Positions 58,789-64,000 of a stretch of DNA of 64,000 bases are shown piece by piece. Below the pieces are notes generated by a model. The model was not told the origin of the DNA. It saw only the letters and a list, made by a program, of their open reading frames with translations, and did no database searches. The stretch comes from Spirochaetia bacterium. Its GTDB lineage: Bacteria > Spirochaetota > Spirochaetia > DSM-2461. The stretch covers positions 1,184,001-1,248,000 of the forward strand of contig CAXXIA010000001.1 of assembly GCA_963666985.2 (NCBI GenBank), read 5' to 3'. The position numbers were made by a program, and so were the translations under genes. Every line of letters starts with the position of its first letter. Positions within the stretch are counted from its first letter, which is position 1.

Positions 58789-59680
58789 AATTTCCCTCTT
58801 TTTTCCCCTATCGTTACTCCTGATTCTCAACGGCGCTTCCCTGTTCGGCGAATATCCGCTGATAGGCATGACGATTCAATCTCGAGACCCCCTCTACCGC
58901 CAGCAGCAGCAGGATGTCGAAGACTGGTACTCGGGCCGAAAGGAACCGCCTCCTTTGGCCATCTATCGCTACGTTCCCCGACCTTCGGAAGACCTTTTTT
59001 CCGTGGCGGCGGCCTTTAATCTGCCCTACGAATCATTGGCGACTCTCAACGGCTGGGATGCTCCGGGACTGATTACGGCGGGAAAGGATCTTTTGGTGCC
59101 CAATCGTCCGGGAATTTTCGTTCCGGAAAATCCGAAAAACGAATGGGAGCAAAAGCTCTCGGATACAAGATCCTCAAACGAATACCTGAAAGTGACTCTG
59201 ATTGAAGGGGCCTCAAAGAAAATCTACAAATTCTTTCCGGGGGAGAAATTCGATGCGGGAGAACGTATTCGATTCTTGGGAAGCATCTTTGCCTCTCCCC
59301 TCCCCGGATGCAGAATCACCTCTCCTTTCGGATACCGAATCGATCCCTTTACGGGGAATTTAAGTTTTCATCCGGGTATCGACCTCAGAGCCTCCATCGG
59401 AACACCCGTACTGGCGGCACGGGACGGAAAAATCTCGGAAACGGGAACATTGGAAAAATACGGGTACTTCGTTATAATCTCACATGAAGGGTCCTATGAG
59501 TCGGTGTATGCTCATCTGGATGAAATTATCGTAACGGAAGGAACCGCCGTAAATGCCGGAGAAATAATCGCACGATCCGGGAATTCCGGCATCTCGACGG
59601 GGCCTCATCTTCATTTTGAAATCCGTAAGGGCGGAATCCCGGTAGATCCGGCCGGATTGACCGCCCTAAAGGAACGGTAA
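58781..59680 (+). CDS. LysM / M23 family metallopeptidase
   Basis: ITSPFGYRIDP, FHPGIDL, YAHL and STGPHLHFE. Confidence 0.93.
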   Translation: MTKISLFFPLSLLLILNGASLFGEYPLIGMTIQSRDPLYRQQQQDVEDWYSGRKEPPPLAIYRYVPRPSEDLFSVAAAFNLPYESLATLNGWDAPGLITAGKDLLVPNRPGIFVPENPKNEWEQKLSDTRSSNEYLKVTLIEGASKKIYKFFPGEKFDAGERIRFLGSIFASPLPGCRITSPFGYRIDPFTGNLSFHPGIDLRASIGTPVLAARDGKISETGTLEKYGYFVIISHEGSYESVYAHLDEIIVTEGTAVNAGEIIARSGNSGISTGPHLHFEIRKGGIPVDPAGLTALKER

Positions 59681-60702
59681 TGCGGATACGAACCGTACCG
59701 AAAAAAATTCTTTTTGTTCTCTTCCTCTTCAGCATGGCGCTGACATCTTCTTATGCTGAAAATATTCGGGGAACAGTGGCGGGCACGATTTCCGGAGGCA
59801 CGGAAAATCTGTCGTTCAAACCGGAGGAATTGGTTATTCTCGACGGGAGCGGAATCACCAATATTCAGGAAGGCGTGGAAATTCGGGTGGAAATCCCGGC
59901 GGGAATACGCAGATTCCAAAACAGCTTCGCTCTTTTCATTTACAGGGACGTGCGGCCGGTTCCGGGCCAAGATCAAACATCGTATACCGGTACACGGACG
60001 TTTATGCGGCTTTTGCCGTCAAGAGAAGCGCTCTTTCTTCGGATTCCCCTGTACCGAAAACACAGCATAACATCCGATGCTCTGACGGAAGTTCTCCCGA
60101 ATTCCGTTCCGGCGGAAAGCTTTCCCCTGATTATTACGGTGCTGCCCGTTATGAAGGGCATTCCCGATTCCGCTTTCGGCCAGCAGCTGCGTATTTCATC
60201 ATCGGCCATATGGAAAAATGAAGGGACTTTAAGCGTCAATATAACCAATCCTTCGGGCGCTCCTGATGAAGTCATAGAGATGACCGTGGACGGACGCGGT
60301 GCCGGCGTAGGTGAAAGACTGACTCTTGAAGCCGGTCTGCATAGAATCGTGGTATCAAGTACGCACGCGCCGACGGTGGAAAAAACCGTTGCCGTGGAAC
60401 CGGGACGTGACGAGAATCTCTCGATAACCCTGGATTACACCCCGCCGGAGATAACTTTGGTTATTCCCGATGAAGCCGAGGTTTATCTGGATGGAAAAAG
60501 AATCAATTCCTCGGGGAACCTGATCGTTATGAATTCCGATCCGGGAGAGCATACGGTTCGTTATGTTCTGGGAGGAATGGAAGTTTCCAAATCATTCGTC
60601 ATTCGTCCGGGCGGCAAGGTTAAAATCGATTTGATTGTTGAAATCGACATCCTCGACTTCAGTGAAGATTCGGGCAACAGATTCGGAGCCGGAGACGGTT
60701 AA
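59680..60702 (+). CDS. Exported PEGA-like domain protein
   Basis: Signal peptide; LEAGLHRI and AEVYLDG...PGEHTV repeats. Confidence 0.7.
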   Translation: MRIRTVPKKILFVLFLFSMALTSSYAENIRGTVAGTISGGTENLSFKPEELVILDGSGITNIQEGVEIRVEIPAGIRRFQNSFALFIYRDVRPVPGQDQTSYTGTRTFMRLLPSREALFLRIPLYRKHSITSDALTEVLPNSVPAESFPLIITVLPVMKGIPDSAFGQQLRISSSAIWKNEGTLSVNITNPSGAPDEVIEMTVDGRGAGVGERLTLEAGLHRIVVSSTHAPTVEKTVAVEPGRDENLSITLDYTPPEITLVIPDEAEVYLDGKRINSSGNLIVMNSDPGEHTVRYVLGGMEVSKSFVIRPGGKVKIDLIVEIDILDFSEDSGNRFGAGDG

Positions 60703-60783
60703 GTCGGCACTTTTTTCCCAATTGCACGACCCCCGGCGGTTTCCGCCTGTTAAGTTTTTACCATATTCGTGCGATAATTGTGA

Positions 60784-60878
60784 TGTCGGTGCTTCGGGAT
60801 AGTACCCCTCCCAGTTCGCTATGCCGGAGGCCGATCCCTCACGAGGGTGGCCGGCCTTCCCTGGCCGGCCTTTTTTTT
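60784..60878 (+). ncRNA. Candidate small RNA with a C-rich loop
   Basis: Extended -10 TGCGATAAT (60771-60779), long hairpin 60785-60835, short hairpin 60836-60847, then a terminator. Confidence 0.6.
60849..60878 (+). terminator. Rho-independent terminator
   Basis: GGCCGGCC-TTCCCT-GGCCGGCC followed by T8. Confidence 0.9.
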
Positions 60879-61041
60879 CAACAGCGCCTTTGGATTTTGG
60901 CGGCCGCCATAAAATCCTTTCGAATCTTTTCCATTGCTCCAAAGGGATTCTCTTAAAAAGCATTATGAAGCCCGCTTTTTTTCAACATCGGCGAACCCGC
61001 CGACAATCAAACCGAGCCTTGGAAGACTTCCCGATGTCTTC

Positions 61042-61070
61042 TTGACAAGGGTAGGGGTCGAACGTACCGT
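61042..61070 (+). promoter_or_regulatory. Promoter of the PBP1A gene (probably leaderless)
   Basis: TTGACA-17-TACCGT, 7 nt before ATG 61078. Confidence 0.65.
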
Positions 61071-61077
61071 ATGAGCC

Positions 61078-63627
61078 ATGCTGTTTACGGGAAAACGCCG
61101 AAAAGTTATCCTCCTTTTTACCGGGATTCTTGCCTTAACCGGAGCCGCGCTGGGCTCAGCTCTCGGAATAAGCATCGCAACGAACCACAATACGAAAAAC
61201 ATGGATGAACTCACCTCTTCCAGACCCGCGATCCCTTCAAAGGTTCTGGATATCAATGGAGAACTGATTACCGAGTTCTTTTCCGATGAAAAGCGGGATA
61301 TCATTCCCATCACCGAACTGCCCGAGAACCAGATTTATGCCCTCTTAACCCGCGAGGACGCACCGTTCTTCGAACATACGGGTTTTTCGGTAGGCGGTTT
61401 TTTCCGTGCGCTCTACCAGACATCCATTTACCTTATTACGAAAAAAGGCTCTCTCCAGGGAGGCAGCACAATAACGCAGCAGCTGGCAGGCTCCCGCCAC
61501 GCGGACAGATCGGTTATCAAGGTTAGCCGCAAGCTTAAAGAACTCTGGTGGGCCTATCAGCTGGAACGCCGATTCACGAAGCAGGAAATCCTGGAACAGT
61601 ACCTCAATTCGGTCTATTTCGGCCACAACACTTACGGTGTTGAAGCGGCCAGTCAGTTTTTCTTCGGCCATTCGGCCGTGAGCAATTCTCCGGCGGAAGC
61701 CGTTATGCTGGCCATCCAGCTTTCCGGTTCCGGCCTTTACTCCCCTCTGATCAAACCAAATGCCGCAAGAGAACGCCAAGAGGAGATTTTGGACCAAATG
61801 GTCGGGGCGGGGTATGTAAGCCGGGAAGACGCCGAGACTTCCTTCCTCGAATATTGGACCGATTTCGACTGGTCGCGATCATCCACGGCCTCGCCCTATT
61901 TCGACCGGCTGGCCAACGATAAGGCACCGTATTTCAGCGAATACATCCGTACGCAGATTGAGCAGTACCTTTTCGGCCAGCAGGATATCTACCGTGACGG
62001 ATACATTATTCACACAACATTGAACCTTGAATTCCAGGAAGAGGCCGAAAAGCAGATTAAAAAAGGCCTGAATCAATGGAACCTGACCTACAGACAAGAC
62101 CGCGATAAAAAAACGGCTTACGCGGCAAGCGAACTGGTAGACACCATCGACCTTCTGTCGCTGGCCTTCAATCTTCCCGAAATTCATGTTCCCGGAGCTC
62201 TGGAACGCCGTGAAGCGCAGGAATATCTTGAGAACGATTTAAATCCGGTTATGGACATGATGGCGATGACATTCGGATTGTCCGACCTGAAAACTCTTAC
62301 GAACCTCACCTACGCGAAGGCCAAAACCCACGCCCAGATGAACAACGTGGAGACGGCTCTGATCACCCTGGACAACAATACCGGGTATATCCTGGCCATG
62401 ATCGGCGGAAGCGAATTCAACAGGAACAACCAATTCAACCGGGCCATGGACGCCAAGGTCATGCCCGGTTCCGCTTTTAAGCCCCTTTACTACTCGGCCG
62501 CCATCAGTTCGGGAAAGATTACTCCGGCGACACGCCTTTTCGACGGTCCGTATGAATTCATCAGCCCCGACGGAACACCCTACGCGCCGGATAACTATTT
62601 CGGCAGATGGAGAGGAAACGTCCTGGCCCGAAACGCTCTGGCGCTGTCGCTGAACATTCCCTCTTTGAAAGTGCTGAAAACCATTGGTTTCGACGCGGCC
62701 ATCAGCCGGTCCGCGGATCTTCTCGGCATCACCGATCCTCAGGAAATCGGAGAAACCTTTGACAGGGTGTATCCCCTGGGACTCGGTATCCTCTCCGTAT
62801 CGCCCGTAAGGCTGGCAAGAGCTTATGCGACCTTCGCCAATAAGGGACGTGCGGTTGAGCCGATAGCCGTCCGCTACATCGAAGACAGAGACGGCAACAT
62901 CATCGTTAATCCCGAACGGGAGCTTCGCGAATCTCAGGAACGGCGAAACATGCAGGTTCTCTCTCCGCAGGCGGCCTACATCATGACAAGCATGCTGCAA
63001 TCGACGGTTCAATTCGGAACACTCGCGGGAGTTCGGGTAAACGTAGCCGGTAATTTCGACGGCATGCCCATGGCCGGAAAAACAGGAACGACACAGAACT
63101 GGACCGACGCCTGGACCGTCGGCTTCTCTCCCTACTACACCACCGCGATCTGGGCCGGATTCGATAAAAGAGGCAATTCGCTCGGTGTGAATCAGAACGG
63201 GGCCCAGGCCGTAGGACCGGTTTGGGGACAATACATGAGGGCTATCAACAAGGATATGCCCATCATCAAATTCCCAAGACCGGAAACCGGCATCGTGGAA
63301 GTCAAAATCGACAAAAGAACGGGAATGCTCCCCGAAGAAGATACGCCCGAAGAGATGATTCGTTCGGAAGTCTTTATCGCGGGAACCGAACCCAAAACCA
63401 TCGGCGGCTTAACGCGCTTTGAAAAAGATCGCGATGAAGAGCTGATTACGAAGATTGCCGTGGATTCCTCCAACACCAATGTTTCAACCGACAATACGTC
63501 CGATTCCGTTTTCATGAGAGATCTCTTCGAGGAACTCGGACTGGATACGAACCTGCTCGAAGGCGGCGGTTCGCAGGGCGCATCCTCATCGACCGGCGGC
63601 AGCGGCTCATCAAGTCATCTCGACTAA
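61078..63627 (+). CDS. Class A penicillin-binding protein (PBP1A family)
   Basis: REDAPFFEH, GGSTITQQL, RKLKE, YLNSVYFG; GSAFK, SLN and KTGT. Confidence 0.95.
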   Translation: MLFTGKRRKVILLFTGILALTGAALGSALGISIATNHNTKNMDELTSSRPAIPSKVLDINGELITEFFSDEKRDIIPITELPENQIYALLTREDAPFFEHTGFSVGGFFRALYQTSIYLITKKGSLQGGSTITQQLAGSRHADRSVIKVSRKLKELWWAYQLERRFTKQEILEQYLNSVYFGHNTYGVEAASQFFFGHSAVSNSPAEAVMLAIQLSGSGLYSPLIKPNAARERQEEILDQMVGAGYVSREDAETSFLEYWTDFDWSRSSTASPYFDRLANDKAPYFSEYIRTQIEQYLFGQQDIYRDGYIIHTTLNLEFQEEAEKQIKKGLNQWNLTYRQDRDKKTAYAASELVDTIDLLSLAFNLPEIHVPGALERREAQEYLENDLNPVMDMMAMTFGLSDLKTLTNLTYAKAKTHAQMNNVETALITLDNNTGYILAMIGGSEFNRNNQFNRAMDAKVMPGSAFKPLYYSAAISSGKITPATRLFDGPYEFISPDGTPYAPDNYFGRWRGNVLARNALALSLNIPSLKVLKTIGFDAAISRSADLLGITDPQEIGETFDRVYPLGLGILSVSPVRLARAYATFANKGRAVEPIAVRYIEDRDGNIIVNPERELRESQERRNMQVLSPQAAYIMTSMLQSTVQFGTLAGVRVNVAGNFDGMPMAGKTGTTQNWTDAWTVGFSPYYTTAIWAGFDKRGNSLGVNQNGAQAVGPVWGQYMRAINKDMPIIKFPRPETGIVEVKIDKRTGMLPEEDTPEEMIRSEVFIAGTEPKTIGGLTRFEKDRDEELITKIAVDSSNTNVSTDNTSDSVFMRDLFEELGLDTNLLEGGGSQGASSSTGGSGSSSHLD

Positions 63628-63724
63628 CGAAAAACCGCCGAAGAGATCCCGGCGAAAACGGGAATCACCGCCCCCCGCGGCGCGGGGGTGGGCCTTCTCT
63701 TTCCGTATGCACCGAAAGCCGCAC

Positions 63725-63751
63725 AAAAAAGCGCCCGATGCGGGCGGGCGC
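63725..63751 (-). terminator. Rho-independent terminator of the pyr gene
   Basis: GCGCCCG stem followed by T6 on the minus strand. Confidence 0.7.
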
Positions 63752-63768
63752 TGGCAAGCACGGGCGGA

Positions 63769-64000
63769 TTAAATATCCCAGATATCCCCGTAATCATGCC
63801 TTTTCCCGCAATAGCGGCAGGTAAAGGTTTTACCGCCGGTACGAAAGAAATAAGTCGGAACATGCTGATGCGCGGCCGGATGAGTAATACAATCGGAATT
63901 TTTGCAGGAAATCTCGGAAAAATTGTAGATTTTCGGCGGCATGCTTAACCGGAATTTTCTCTTTACGGACCGTTTTTCAATGATGTTGAGCGTACATCCG
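63769..64000 (-). CDS. 3' end of an aspartate carbamoyltransferase regulatory (PyrI) domain, probably a PyrBI fusion; truncated by the window edge
   Basis: Manual translation GCTLNIIEKRSVKRKFRLSMPPKIYNFSEISCKNSDCITHP...FTCRYCGKRHDYGDIWDI* contains CxNxxC and CxYC Zn ligands; absent from the ORF track. Confidence 0.85.
   Translation of the reverse strand, partial: GCTLNIIEKRSVKRKFRLSMPPKIYNFSEISCKNSDCITHPAAHQHVPTYFFRTGGKTFTCRYCGKRHDYGDIWDI

Noticed and set aside
63624..63863. 79 aa minus-strand ORF
   Set aside because: Wrong frame; the real coding frame is the PyrI-like one ending at 63769.
1..64000. CRISPR array, rRNA, prophage or transposase
   Set aside because: No regularly spaced repeats, rRNA-like sequence, or phage or transposase motifs recognised.

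Overview
This 64 kb window is mostly core chromosome of a spirochaete (order Spirochaetales). The assignment rests on cfpA, the folP-cdaA-cdaR-acpS-DUF2225-truA-udg-priA and def-fmt-PASTA gene orders, short parE/parC, and a PyrI-type C-terminus. It carries about 48 CDS and tRNA-Thr(CGT). I saw no CRISPR array, transposase or integrase. Main points of interest: (1) a promoter- and terminator-bounded ~95 nt hairpin RNA with an exposed anti-Shine-Dalgarno-like CCCCUCCC loop at ~60.8 kb; (2) an RND permease fused in frame to a TolC-like channel through an internal signal-peptide-like segment; (3) an AT-richer ~3 kb islet (FIST chemoreceptor, thioesterase) bracketed by intact parC and a near-identical, internally deleted copy of the parC 3' end; (4) about ten genes with a -10 box 6-7 nt from the start codon, i.e. 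probable leaderless mRNAs; (5) a 141 bp MITE-like element; (6) a large TM-LysM protein beside cfpA that could anchor the filaments; (7) several enzyme-like proteins lacking catalytic motifs. Five single-base frameshifts confined to the first 5.3 kb are most likely sequencing errors. All family calls come from visual motif recognition, not database searches.
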